Positions 21,574-32,773 are shown, numbered from the stretch's first letter. The stretch: DNA of 64,000 nt from an uncultured Chloroflexia bacterium (GCA_963776395.1 CAVZML010000005.1:612254-676253); one strand, 5' to 3'. Translations and numbers: made by a program. Notes: a model not told the origin generated them from the letters alone.

Positions 21574-22389
21574 ATGACAGGTGAGGCCGACCGTGCGGCG
21601 GTTCCCGCAGGCGATCGGCCTCGCCTTGAGCTCCGCAACGCCTCGAAGGCGTTCGGGTACGTCGTCGCGCTCCAGGACGCCTCGCTCACGGCCCACGCGG
21701 GCGAGGTGGTCGCCCTCGTCGGCGACAACGGGGCCGGCAAGTCGACGCTCGTCAAGGTGCTCTCCGGGATCCACCCGATGGACTCCGGAGAGCTGTTCAT
21801 CGACGGCGGGGCCGTCTCGATCGGGAACCCGCGCGACGCCCAGTCGCTCGGGATCTCCACCGTGTTCCAGGACCTGGCCCTCGTCGAGGCGCTCGACGTC
21901 GCGGCCAACATCTACCTGGGCAAGCCACTCAAGCGCGGTCCGTTCGTGGCTCGGCGGGCGATGATCGATGGCGCGGCCGACCTCCTCAAGGAGCTGCGGA
22001 TCCGCGTGCCGTCCGTCCGGGTACCGGTCGGGACGCTCTCGGGCGGCCAGCGCCAGGGCGTCGCGATCGCGCGCTCGGTGCTGCGCCAGGGGCACGTCAT
22101 CATCATGGACGAGCCGACGGCAGCCCTCGGCGTCCGCGAGACCCGGCACGTCGAGGAGATCATCGCCGGGCTCCGGAGCAGCGGGCACGCGATCATCCTC
22201 GTCAGCCACGACCTCGAGCTCGTGTTCCGCACCGCGGACGTCATCGAGGTGCTGCGCCTCGGCAGGGTGCAGGGCGTGCGGCGGACGGCCGCCACGACCC
22301 GGGAGGAGATCGTGGGGCTGATCACGGGTCTGCAGACAGAGCCCACCCACGGGATCGACGACGCCGACCCTGTGCAGGTGCCCACGTGA
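21574..22389 (+). CDS. ABC transporter ATP-binding protein (single ABC domain, FrcA-like)
   Basis: Walker A GDNGAGKST, signature LSGGQRQ, Walker B IIMDEPTAALG. Confidence 0.9.
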   Translation: MTGEADRAAVPAGDRPRLELRNASKAFGYVVALQDASLTAHAGEVVALVGDNGAGKSTLVKVLSGIHPMDSGELFIDGGAVSIGNPRDAQSLGISTVFQDLALVEALDVAANIYLGKPLKRGPFVARRAMIDGAADLLKELRIRVPSVRVPVGTLSGGQRQGVAIARSVLRQGHVIIMDEPTAALGVRETRHVEEIIAGLRSSGHAIILVSHDLELVFRTADVIEVLRLGRVQGVRRTAATTREEIVGLITGLQTEPTHGIDDADPVQVPT

Positions 22390-23420
22390 TTGAGAGACCG
22401 GTTCGCGGTGCCGCGACCACCGCGGAGATGGCCGGCGTCGAGCGCGCCGGGACCGTCGACATCCCGCTCCGCGAGCGGATCCTGATGAGCCCCCAGTTCC
22501 TGCTGATCGCGACGATCGTCCTGTTCTCGGCGTTCGTCGCCTCCCAGTCGCCGGGGTTCATGACCGTCGTCAACCTCACCAACATCCTGCGCAACGCGGT
22601 GTTCATCTTCATCGTCGGCGCGTTCATGACCTACGTGCTGGTGAGCGGGGGGCTGGACCTATCGGTGGGCTCGATCTTCGTGGTCGGCGCGATCGCGGTC
22701 GCCGCCCTGGTCGTCACCGGGCTCCCGATCTGGCTGTCGATCCTGCTCGCGATCGTGCTTGGCGGGTTGGCGGGCCTGGTCAACGGGCTGCTCATCGCCT
22801 ATGTGCGGATCCCCGCCTTCATCGTCACCCTCGGGATGCTGTATGTCGCCCGAGGGCTGATGTCGTTCGCGACCGGCGGTCGGCCGCTGGCCAATCTTCC
22901 CCGCGAGTTCAGCGACCTCGGCCAGGGCGATGTCTTCGGGATCCCGCTGCTGATCCTCTACGCCCTCATCGTCGGGGTCGTCGCGCACGTCGTCCTGGAG
23001 TCGACGCCGTTCGGCTGGTCCATCCGGGCCATCGGCGGCAACGTTGAGGCGGCGCGCGCTGCGGGCATCGACGTCCGCCGGCTGGCCGTCGTCGTGTACG
23101 TCATCAGCGGGCTCTCGGCTGCGTTCGCCGGGATGCTGATGACGGCCCGGCTCGGGTCGGGCCAGCCCAGCGTCGGCAACGGTTTCGAGCTGCAGGTCAT
23201 CTCGGCAGTGATCATCGGCGGCACCAGCCTGTTCGGCGGCACGGGGTCCGTCATAGGCACGGCCCTGGGGGCCCTCGTCCTGTCCATCCTCGCCAACGGC
23301 CTGATCCTGCTCCGGATCGACCCGGTGCTTCAGAACGTGATGGTGGGTTGCATCATCGTCGCGGCCGTTGCGCTGGACCAGTTCCGGCGGACCCGGATGT
23401 TCCGGACGTTGCGCCGCTGA
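22386..23420 (+). CDS. ABC transporter permease (ribose/xylose-type)
   Basis: 344-aa multi-TM protein; ATGA overlap with the ATPase. Confidence 0.85.
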   Translation: MIERPVRGAATTAEMAGVERAGTVDIPLRERILMSPQFLLIATIVLFSAFVASQSPGFMTVVNLTNILRNAVFIFIVGAFMTYVLVSGGLDLSVGSIFVVGAIAVAALVVTGLPIWLSILLAIVLGGLAGLVNGLLIAYVRIPAFIVTLGMLYVARGLMSFATGGRPLANLPREFSDLGQGDVFGIPLLILYALIVGVVAHVVLESTPFGWSIRAIGGNVEAARAAGIDVRRLAVVVYVISGLSAAFAGMLMTARLGSGQPSVGNGFELQVISAVIIGGTSLFGGTGSVIGTALGALVLSILANGLILLRIDPVLQNVMVGCIIVAAVALDQFRRTRMFRTLRR

Positions 23421-23449
23421 TGCTGCCGAGGCCTGGTGAGGGATCTGCC

Positions 23450-24538
23450 ATGACGCCTGGGCTGTGGCCGCGCGAGCACGAGGTCGCCGTCAAGGTGGAC
23501 GCGGTCCGAGCACTCCTTCAGACCCGTGGTGACGGCGCGGCCGCCCTGGGCGCCCGCAGGAACTTCGCCTGGCTGACCGCCGGTGGCGACAATCACGTGC
23601 TCGAGAGCTCCGAGACGGGCGTGGCGACGATCCTCGTGACCCCGGACGAGGTGCTGGTCATCACGTCCAGGATCGAGCGCGCGCGGATGCTGGACGAGGA
23701 GCTGCGCGGCCTCCCGATAGAGGTCGTCGCGGTCCCCTGGGAAGTACCCGGTGCCATCGACGAGGAGATCCGGCGCCGGACCCGCGGACGGGTCGTCGAC
23801 GACGCGACGATCGAGGATGCCCTGCGGCCGCTGCGCATGGTGCTCAACCCGGCCGAACAGGCCCGGATCGCAAGCCTTGGCGAACGCGCGTCGCGCGCGA
23901 TGACCAGGACCCTCGCCCAGGTCCAGGTCGGCGACGTGGAGACGGTCCTCGCGAAGCGCCTCGACCTGGCGTTGGCCGAGGTCGGGATCGGGGCAGTCGT
24001 GATCCTCGTCGCAAGCGACGAGCGCATCGCGCGCTACCGCCACCCGATCCCGAAGGCCAAGCGCATCGAGCAATCGGTGATGCTCGTGGTGGGCGCCCAG
24101 AGCGGCGGCCTGGTGGTCGCGATGACCCGCATGGTCTGGCTCGGTGCGGCGCCAGACGCGGAGACACGTCGCCGGTTCGCCGCCGCCACCGGCATCCACC
24201 GTGCCGCCCGCAAGGCGACGCGGGATGGATCGACGCTGGCGGGCGTGTTCTCGGTCATCGTGGACGCGTATGCGTCGCACGGGTACGCCGACGAGTGGCG
24301 CCTGCACCACCAGGGCGGTCCGATCGCGTACCAGGGTCGCGAGGAGATCGGGACGCCGACCAGCAGCGTCGCCGTCCGTGGGGGGATGGCTTTCGCGTGG
24401 AACCCGTCGATCACGGGGACCAAGGTGGAGGACACCTTCGTCCTGCGTGAGGACGGCAGCCAGCTGATCGTCACGCGCGATCCCGACTGGCCTTCCGACG
24501 ACGATGGCGAGCCGCTGATCTGGGTGCGCGATGCGTGA
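23450..24538 (+). CDS. M24-family metallopeptidase/creatinase-like hydrolase
   Basis: Creatinase/prolidase-like N-terminal plus pita-bread C-terminal pattern; family call from memory. Confidence 0.5.
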   Translation: MTPGLWPREHEVAVKVDAVRALLQTRGDGAAALGARRNFAWLTAGGDNHVLESSETGVATILVTPDEVLVITSRIERARMLDEELRGLPIEVVAVPWEVPGAIDEEIRRRTRGRVVDDATIEDALRPLRMVLNPAEQARIASLGERASRAMTRTLAQVQVGDVETVLAKRLDLALAEVGIGAVVILVASDERIARYRHPIPKAKRIEQSVMLVVGAQSGGLVVAMTRMVWLGAAPDAETRRRFAAATGIHRAARKATRDGSTLAGVFSVIVDAYASHGYADEWRLHHQGGPIAYQGREEIGTPTSSVAVRGGMAFAWNPSITGTKVEDTFVLREDGSQLIVTRDPDWPSDDDGEPLIWVRDA

Positions 24539-24633
24539 CGGCCGCCGCGCGACACCCGACGCATGAGGCGGGGATTGCTCACGAGGCCGAGGTGGCAGCA
24601 GGCGGGTCGCGGCGACAGGCGAAGGAGACTGTG

Positions 24634-26456
24634 ATGGGCGCTGCGTTCGGGAGCAGCTCGACGACGGTCGTCGAGCCGGACCAGCTGGGCCGTCCGCGTC
24701 ACCGTCTGGTCATCGATTGGGCGGGGCTCGGCGACGGGTCCATGGCTGCGTCCTCGTTCGACGTGGACGATCTCGACCTCCTCGCCCGCCGACACGATCC
24801 CGCGGACTGGACACCCGTCCTCGAGACCTGGGCACCCGCCTCCGGGCGCCCTCTTCTTCCCTGGGCCGTGGTCCATCGGGCGGTCCGGGCGCCCTTCGCG
24901 CGCCACCGGCACGCTGACGCGTTCTGCGCGCTCGCCGGTGCGCCGGACAGTGCGTCGACGTGTGCCGAGCTGTTCGGATCCGAGGTCGGCTGGCTGCCGT
25001 ACGGCGAGCCGGCCCGGTGCTCGCGCGAATGCTGGCGGAAGCGAGCGACGGCGCGAGCGCGGGGGCAGTCCTCGTACCGCATCTCGGCCTGTTCGCGTGG
25101 GGCCAGACGGAGGCGGACGTCGACAATCGTTGCGCGACCCTGGAGGCGCTGGCGAGGGCGTGGATGGAGCACCTGCTGGTACGGACCGCGGCGACTGCGC
25201 CGCCCGCCGCCGACCTCGACGTCGAGCGTCAGCTTCACGTCGAGCGTCAGCTTCCTGCCCTGCGCGGCCGTGCGTCCGCATCCGGGCCCGTCGTGCTGTC
25301 GGTGGACCGGTCCCTCGTCGCTGTCGCGGATCGACCGGATCTCGCGCGGATCCTCGGCGAGGCCGCGGGCTCGGAGATGACGTCGCCCTGGGAGCCCGGC
25401 GCTGTGGGGATCGTGGGCTCCGCCGCCGGGCCGGACCACGAGGTCGGGCGCGTGCACCTCGTGCCCGGCCTGGGGCTCGTGAGCGCGGGGACGAGCGAGG
25501 CGGCGGCGATGGCACTGGGCATCGTCGCGGGCCATGTCCACCGCGTGGCGGCGTTCGTCGTCGACGCATTCGGCGGCCGCCAGCCCCTGTCCGACCTCGA
25601 CCGCCGGTCATTGGCCTCATCGCCCGTGCCCGCGGCCGACGCGTCCGCGACGGACGGCGGACCGTTCCGCGGGCGGGTGTACATCGTGACCGGGGCCGCC
25701 TCGGGCATCGGCCGCGACGTGGCGCGCCACCTCGCTGCGCTCGGCGCGTCGCTCGCCCTGGGGGACCTCAACGCGGAGGCACTCGAGTCGACCGCGGACG
25801 AGCTCGAGCCACTGGCCGGTCGGCCCGTCACAGTGGCCGGCGACCTGACTGACGAGGCGACCGTCGACCGGCTGGTCGGCGCTACGATCCGCCGGTTCGG
25901 CGGGGTCGACGGCGCGGTCCTGAACGCCGGGATCGCGCTACCGGGCAAGGTCCGTGACCTGTCGGCCGCCGACTGGCGCCGCAGCCTCGACGTGAATGCG
26001 ACATCGCACTTCCTGCTCGCCAAGCGCCTCCTGCCGGTGCTCGAGGCGCAGGGCCTCGGCGGATCGCTCGTGTTCATCGGCTCCAAGAACATGTTTGCCC
26101 CGGGCGCCGGGTTCGGTGCCTACAGCGCGTCGAAGGCCGCGCTCGCCCAGCTCGCCCGGGTCGTCGCCATAGAGGCCGGGCCATTCGGCGTCCGCTCCAA
26201 CATCGTCAACCCGGACAACGTGTTCGGCGGCTCGGCCCTCTGGTCGCCCGAGCTGCGCGCCCAGCGAGCAGCCGTCTACGGCATCAAGCCGGAGGACCTC
26301 GAGGCGTACTACACGCAGCGCAACCTCATGAAGGTACCGATCACCGGTGAGGACATCGCAAAGGGGGTCGCGTTCCTGCTCTCCGATGACGCGAAGCGCA
26401 CGACCGCGTGCGTGCTGACCGTCGACGGTGGCGTCCCGGGCGTGTTCCCGCGCTAG
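24634..26456 (+). CDS. bifunctional class II aldolase (RhaD-like)/short-chain dehydrogenase fusion, apparent frameshift near 25010
   Basis: ATG with AAGGAG RBS; divergent aldolase N-terminal region; the text continues in another frame (ORF 24960..26456: [19 protein letters not shown]...), then an SDR domain ([15 protein letters not shown]). Confidence 0.6.
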
Positions 26457-26482
26457 CAACCACCCATGGAGGTGAACATCAC

Positions 26483-27397
26483 ATGCCCGAGGCAGATGGC
26501 AGCGGCACCAAGCAGTTCCACGAGGACGTCCCGCAGCGCAGCGAACCGTTCTTCCTGAAGGGATCCGCGGCCTACGACTGGGGGATGCAGCATCGCCTGG
26601 CACGTATCTTCAGGCCGGGGAGCGGCCGGACGACGATGCTGGCCATCGACCACGGCTACTTCCAGGGCCCGACGACCGGTCTCGAGCGCGTGGACATCAG
26701 CATCCTGCCCCTCGTGCCATATGCGGACGCCCTGATGCTCACTCGGGGGATCCTCCGGTCCGTCGGTTCCGCCGACCATCCAGCAGGGTTTCGTGTGCGG
26801 GCGAGCGGTGGCCCGTCGATCCTCCGCGAGCTCTCGAACGAGCACATCGCGATGGACGTCGACGACGCGATCCGGCTCGGCGCGGCCGCCATGGCGGTGC
26901 AGGTCTTCATCGGCGGCGAATACGAGACGCAGACCGTCATCAACATGACCCGGCTCGTCGACGAAGGGCTGCGACGCGGCATCCCGGTTCTGGGGGTGAC
27001 CGCCGTCGGTCGCGAGCTCGTCCGCGACAGCCGGTACCTGGGGCTCGCGACGCGCATCTGTGCCGAGCTCGGTGCGCAGGTTGTCAAGACCTACTACTGC
27101 GACGAGGGCTTCGAGCAGGTGACGTCCGGCTGTCCGGTGCCCATCGTCATGGCGGGCGGCAAGAAGCTGCCGGAGCGCGACGCCCTGGAGATGGCGTACC
27201 GGGCGATCGACCAGGGCGCTGCCGGCGTCGACATGGGCCGGAACATCTTCCAGAGCGATGACCCCGTCGCGATGATCCAGGCGGTCCGCAGGGTCGTCCA
27301 CGACGGATACACCGCGGCGGAGGCATTCGACTTCCTGGAGACGCTGAGGCACGAGGCAGGAGTCGGCATCGAGTCCGGCGTGCTGGCGGGCGCCTGA
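26483..27397 (+). CDS. class I aldolase, LsrF/FbaB (DeoC) family
   Basis: GGAGGTGA RBS; LsrF-like pattern with VVKTYY (catalytic Lys). Confidence 0.65.
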   Translation: MPEADGSGTKQFHEDVPQRSEPFFLKGSAAYDWGMQHRLARIFRPGSGRTTMLAIDHGYFQGPTTGLERVDISILPLVPYADALMLTRGILRSVGSADHPAGFRVRASGGPSILRELSNEHIAMDVDDAIRLGAAAMAVQVFIGGEYETQTVINMTRLVDEGLRRGIPVLGVTAVGRELVRDSRYLGLATRICAELGAQVVKTYYCDEGFEQVTSGCPVPIVMAGGKKLPERDALEMAYRAIDQGAAGVDMGRNIFQSDDPVAMIQAVRRVVHDGYTAAEAFDFLETLRHEAGVGIESGVLAGA

Positions 27398-27461
27398 CGC
27401 GCGGTCGGGCCGGCATCGCCGAAGCCAACGGTTGACATCGCCCACGAGCGAGGCAGAAGGC

Positions 27462-28978
27462 ATGAAGGGTCAGCAGCGACGCGAGCTGTGGTTCGCCACC
27501 GGAAGCATGAACCTGTATGGGGACGACGTCCTCCGACGGGTGGCCGAGGACGGACGCGCGATCGCGCTCGCTCTCGATGCGGCCACGACCATCCCCGTCG
27601 ACGTCGTCGCGACGCCAGTGCTCACGACGCCCGAGGAGATTCGGAGCCTGTGCCTCGACGCGAATGCCGCGCCAGGTTGTGTGGGTGTCGTCCTGTGGAT
27701 GCACACCTTCTCGCCGGCCAAGATGTGGATCGCGGGTCTCGGCGCGCTGCAGAAGCCGTTGGCTGCACCTCCACACCCAGTTCAACCGCGACATGCCGTG
27801 GTCGACGATCGACATGGACTTCATGAACCTCAACCAGTCGGCGCACGGCGACCGCGAGTTCGGCTACATCGGGACGCGCCTGCGCCTGCCCCGCAAGATG
27901 GTCGTCGGGCCACTGGCAGGACCCGACGGTCGCGGAACGGCATCGGCGCGTGGACCCGCGCCGCCTGCGGCTGGCACGACGGCCCGGTCGCTGCGGATCG
28001 CCCGCTTCGGCGACAACATGCGCGAGGTGGCGGTCACCGAAGGCGACAAGGTCGAGGCGCAGCGCCGCTTCGGGTACTCGGTCAACGGCTATGGCGTGGG
28101 CGACCTGGCGCGGGCCGTGCGCGACGTGGCCGACGCGGAGCGGCAGCGCATGGTCGCCGAGTACGACGACCTGTACGAGATGGCACCCACGCTGCGCGGG
28201 CGGCGGGTTCCGATCGCCACGCGCTGCGTCGAGGCGGCGCGGATCGAGGTCGGCCTGCGCGCCTTCCTGCAGTCGGGCGGCTTCAGGTGCGTTCACCAAT
28301 ACGTTCGAGGACCTCGACGGGCTCGGTCCAGCTGCCCGGGATCGCGGTGCAGCGCCTGATGGCCGAGGGCTACGGTTTCGGCGCCGAAGGCGACTGGAAG
28401 ATCGCCGCGCTCGTGCGGACCATGAAGGTCATGGGCGACGGGCTCGACGGCGGGACATCCTTCATGGAGGACTACACCTATCACTTCGGCCCGGGGTGGG
28501 TCCTCGTGCTCGGCGCGCACATGCTCGAGATCTGTCCAACGATCGCGCGCGATCGCCCGTCGTGGAGATCCATCCGCTCTCGATCGGCGGCAAGGCAGAC
28601 CCGGCCCGGCTGGTGTTCACGGCGAGCTCGGGACCGGCGATCAACGTCGGCCATGCATCGACCTGGGCGACCGCTTCCGTCTGTTCGTCAACGAGGTGGA
28701 CGTGGTGCCTCCGGACGAGCCGCTGCCGCGACTGCCGGTGGCCCGCGCGGTCTGGGTGCCCCGGCCGGACCTGAAGACCGCCGCGGAGGCGTGGATCCTG
28801 GCCGGCGGCGCGCATCACACCGAGCTTCAGCCAATCGTTGACCGCGGAGCATCTCGGCCACCTCGCCGATATCGCGGGGGTGGAGCTGGTGACGATCGAC
28901 CGCGAGACGCGCGTCGCGGGCCTGCGGAAGGAGCTCCTCTGGAACGACGCGGCGTGGCGCTTGGGGAGCGGCCGCTGA
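27462..28978 (+). pseudogene. araA: L-arabinose isomerase (araA) disrupted by about 9 single-base frameshifts
   Basis: Collinear AraA-like text ([61 protein letters not shown]) is spread over four ORF-track frames plus hand-translated segments. Confidence 0.8.
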
Positions 28979-29044
28979 CGCCGCCTGCCGCTCGCGCCGA
29001 CGGGTGATGACAAGAGCGATTTCGACGAGCGGAGGAGATCGGCG

Positions 29045-30043
29045 ATGATCAAGAAGATCATGAACGACCCGGCGCAGGTCGTTCCAGAGCTGCTGGAAGG
29101 CCTGCTGCGCGCGAGTGGCGGGAAGATCGTCCAGGTCGGACCTGTCGGCGCCATCGCCAAGGCGACCATCCCCGACGGCAAGGTTGCGCTGCTGATCGGC
29201 GGTGGAAGCGGCCATGAGCCCTTGTTCCACGGGTTCGTCGGGGATGGCCTGGCCGACGGCGCGGCCTGCGGCAACATCTTCGCGGCGCCGACCCCCGAGG
29301 TCATCCTGGCGGTGACCCGGGCGCTCGACCGGGGCAATGGCGTCCTGTACGTCTACGCCAACTACGCCGGCGACGTCATGAACTTCGACATCGCGGCCGA
29401 GCTGGCCGCCGAGGATGGCATCCGGGTCCGCACGGTGCTGATCCGTGACGATGTCGCATCGGCTCCGCCTGACCGCCAGGAGCTTCGCCGCGGTATCGCG
29501 GGCGACGTGTTCGTCGTGAAGATCGCGGGTGCGGCGGCCTCGATGCTGGAGGATCTCGACGACGTGGTCCGCGTCACCGAGAAGGCACGCGATGCGACGC
29601 GGTCCATCGGGGTCGCCGTCGCCGCAGGATCCATCCCGGAGACAGGCGAACCGACGTTCGTCCTGCCGGATGACGAGATCGAGATCGGCATGGGCGTACA
29701 CGGCGAGCCGGGCGTGAAGCGCCAGAAGATGGCCCGAGCGGATGAGCTCGTGGACCTGATGGCGGGCCAGATACTCGACGACCTGCCGTTCCAGCCCGGT
29801 GACGACGTGTGCCTCCTGGTCAACAGCCTCGGGAGCACCACGATGATGGAGCTCCTGATCACGACCAGGCGCCTGTTCCAGGTCCTCGACGAGCGCCAGA
29901 TCACGGTGCACCACACCGTCGTGGGTCCGTATGTCACCTGCCAGGAGATGGCGGGCTTCTCGTTCACGCTCATGCGCCTGGATGACGAGCTCCGGCAGTT
30001 CTACGACATGCCCGCCAATTCCGTCGGCTTCTCCCGAGTCTGA
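29045..30043 (+). CDS. dhaK: dihydroxyacetone kinase subunit DhaK (Dak1 domain)
   Basis: Dak1 pattern GGGSGHEP and similar; 332 aa. Confidence 0.8.
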   Translation: MIKKIMNDPAQVVPELLEGLLRASGGKIVQVGPVGAIAKATIPDGKVALLIGGGSGHEPLFHGFVGDGLADGAACGNIFAAPTPEVILAVTRALDRGNGVLYVYANYAGDVMNFDIAAELAAEDGIRVRTVLIRDDVASAPPDRQELRRGIAGDVFVVKIAGAAASMLEDLDDVVRVTEKARDATRSIGVAVAAGSIPETGEPTFVLPDDEIEIGMGVHGEPGVKRQKMARADELVDLMAGQILDDLPFQPGDDVCLLVNSLGSTTMMELLITTRRLFQVLDERQITVHHTVVGPYVTCQEMAGFSFTLMRLDDELRQFYDMPANSVGFSRV

Positions 30044-30045
30044 CC

Positions 30046-30686
30046 ATGGCACGTGACTCACTCGACGCCTCCACGCTGGTGGTCGTGCTGCAGGGCGTCT
30101 GTGATGCGATGGGCGACTCCATCGGGGACCTGACGCACGCTGACCAGGCCATCGGTGACGGCGACCACGGGCTCGCGATCCAGCGCGGGGTGCGCGCTGC
30201 CACGTCCGCGCTGCAGTCGATGCCCCCGGTGACGACGTCGGGGCGGTCCTGGCCACGTTCGGGCTGGCGATGCTGAACTCGATGGGTGGGGCGTCCGGTG
30301 CGATCTTCGGGACCCTGTTCCGGCGAGGCGGCGCAGCTGTGCGCGGTCGTGCCGCCTTCGACGCAGAGGCTCTCGCGGTGTTCCTCGAGGGCGGTCTTGC
30401 CGGGGTTCGAGAACGCGGTCAGGCGGCAGTCGGCGACAAGACCCTGGTTGATGCCCTGCAGCCCGCAGCCGAGGCAGCCCGGGCCGCGGCATCCGGGTCG
30501 CTGGAAGACGCCCTCACTGCGGCGGCCGCGGCGGCCGGGGATGGCCTGGAGCGGACGCGCGCGATGCGGGCGACCCTGGGCAGGGCGCGCACGCTCGGGG
30601 ACCGGGCGGTGGGCCACGTCGATCCCGGTGCGCTGTCCTTGACGCTGATGCTGCGCGCGTGGGTGCGGTTGGTCCGCGAAGCGTGA
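30046..30686 (+). CDS. dhaL: dihydroxyacetone kinase subunit DhaL (Dak2 domain), apparent frameshift near 30240
   Basis: DQAIGDGDHG motif in ORF 30046..30276; MLNSMGGASGAIFGTLF continues in ORF 30270..30686 in a different frame. Confidence 0.7.
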
Positions 30687-30738
30687 TCCGCCAAGTCGTC
30701 GACGACGACCGGTGAACGTCGCAGAAGGAGCAGGCCAC

Positions 30739-31897
30739 ATGCCCTCGATGACCGGACGCGAACGCCTCCTACGGACATTTCATCATCAGCAAGCGGATCG
30801 CATCCCGATCGGTCCGTTCCTATGGATCAACAACGTCTACGAGATGTTCAGGCATGTCCCCACTATCGATGACTTCTTCAGTCCCGTGGACTTCGATCCC
30901 TATGCCAAGTTCGTTGAGTACTGCGACAATTTCGGCTTCGATGTCCTGCACACGCTTGCGTACCCCTGGAACGCTTGGGATGTCGACAAGCCATGGGAGA
31001 ACTGGGATATCACCGTCACGTGGGAGGGATACGGCGACGATCGGAAGAAGATCGTCGACGTCCGGACTCCAGAAGGCAACCTGCGAACGACCCAGAAATG
31101 GAGCCGCAACACCACCTACCTGATCGTCTGGGCAACGGATGAGTACCTGATCAAGACGAGTAGGGACTTTGACCTGCTCGTCAAGTACGGGCCTCCCGCC
31201 GATCAGATCGACGTCTCCCCAATCGTCAAGGCACGCCAGGCCACGGGCGATAAGGGTCTCGTTGACTCGCCCAACCACGGCGTCTTCAATACTCTCGCGT
31301 TGTTCCGCGGACTCGAGGACGTGATGGCGGACCCTCTCGTAGACGAGGGCTTCTATCGGACGATGATGGAGCACTTCACGAGCTATGTGCAGCAGCAGAT
31401 CCGAACGGTGGTGGCTGCCGGAGCCGACATCTTCGAGATCGGCGGGAACATGGCGACCAGTGGCGTTGGGCCCAGGTACTTCAAGCAGTTTGTTCTCGAA
31501 TACGAAAAGCGATTGGTCGACACCGTACGTGAGGTCGGAGCGTTCAGCATCTACCACAACTGCGGCGATGCGGCGAAGATCATGCACCTCTACAACGAGC
31601 TCGATATCGACTGTTGGGGGTACTTGACGCCGCCGCCATTCGGGGATGTAGACCTCGATGAGGCATTGAAGATCATTCGCCCCGACATGATCCTGAGAGG
31701 CAATATCGATCAGGTCGACTTCCTCGTGACCGCCAGCACATCCGAGATCCGATCGAAGGGTGGCGGGCGTTCTGGAGAAGGTCATGCCGCGAGGGAACTT
31801 CATCCTGTCCACCACGGACTTCTTCTTCGATGGATGTCCGTACGAGAACATCCAGGCATTTGCCGACGCAGGTCGGGAATTCGGCCGCTACGTCTGA
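30739..31897 (+). CDS. URO-D family methyltransferase-like protein, paralog 4 (low-GC, atypical codon usage); apparent frameshift near 31760
   Basis: GAAGGAG RBS; URO-D pattern; the hand-translated C-terminus VAGVLEKVMPRGNFILSTTDFFFDGCPYENIQAFADAGREFGRYV* is in a different frame from the track ORF. Confidence 0.6.
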
Positions 31898-32020
31898 GGT
31901 CTGCCGGTCAGCGCTCCTCGACCTCCGCCCCCAGCCCGTTCCCGATGAGCCGGCCAGTGAAGGCGATGCGCACCGGCAGGGCGCGCCCGCGGGACCCGGG
32001 AACCCGGGCCCGTACCCGGA

Positions 32021-32773
32021 TCAACCCTGCTGGATTGCCGGTTGCCCGTAGTAGGAGTCGGGACCGTGCTTCCGCCGGAAGTGCTTCTCCAGCAGCGCGT
32101 CGTCGACGGGCTGCTGATCCGGTGCGAGGGCGAGCGTGTTCAGCGCCATCCCGGCGATCGCCTCGAGGGCGATCGCGTTGGTCACCGCCTGGATCCCGCT
32201 GGCCCCCCACGTGAACGGCCCGTGGGACGCGACGAGTACGCCCGGCATGTGGAGGGGGTTGATCCCCTCGGACTCGAAGTGCTCGACGATCACCCGGCCG
32301 GTGTTCGCCTCGTACGCGGCCTCGATCTCGGCGGCGGTCAGCGCCCGGGTGACCGGGACCGGGCCGTGAAAGTGGTCCGCGTGGGTGGTCCCGAGGCACG
32401 GTATCGGCCGGTGGGCCTGCGCCCACGCCACGGCAGCCGGCGAGTGCGTGTGGACGATGCCTCGCAGCTCCGGGTACCGCTGGAGGAGGAGCAGGTGCGT
32501 CGGTGTGTCCGATGAGGGTCGTCGGGAGCCCCATACCGTGCTGCCGTCCTGGATTGAGACGACGACGATGTCGTCGGCTGTCAGGTCGGCGTATGCGACG
32601 CCGCTCGGCTTGATCGCGAACACGCCGGCCTCCCTGTCGGCGACGCTCACGTTTCCGAACGAGAGGACCAGGAGCCCGGCGCGCTCGATGCGCCGATTGA
32701 GGTCCGCGGACTCCTCGCGGAGCTGGTCGTAGCTCACGTCAGGTCCCTCAGAGGCTTCCGTCGAGGTTGGCAA
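32021..32773 (-). CDS. araD: L-ribulose-5-phosphate 4-epimerase (class II aldolase family)
   Basis: Strong AraD-like text: GNVS, KPSGV, SSDTPTH, IVHTHS, TTHADHF, LVASHGPFTWG. Confidence 0.85.
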   Translation of the reverse strand: MPTSTEASEGPDVSYDQLREESADLNRRIERAGLLVLSFGNVSVADREAGVFAIKPSGVAYADLTADDIVVVSIQDGSTVWGSRRPSSDTPTHLLLLQRYPELRGIVHTHSPAAVAWAQAHRPIPCLGTTHADHFHGPVPVTRALTAAEIEAAYEANTGRVIVEHFESEGINPLHMPGVLVASHGPFTWGASGIQAVTNAIALEAIAGMALNTLALAPDQQPVDDALLEKHFRRKHGPDSYYGQPAIQQG

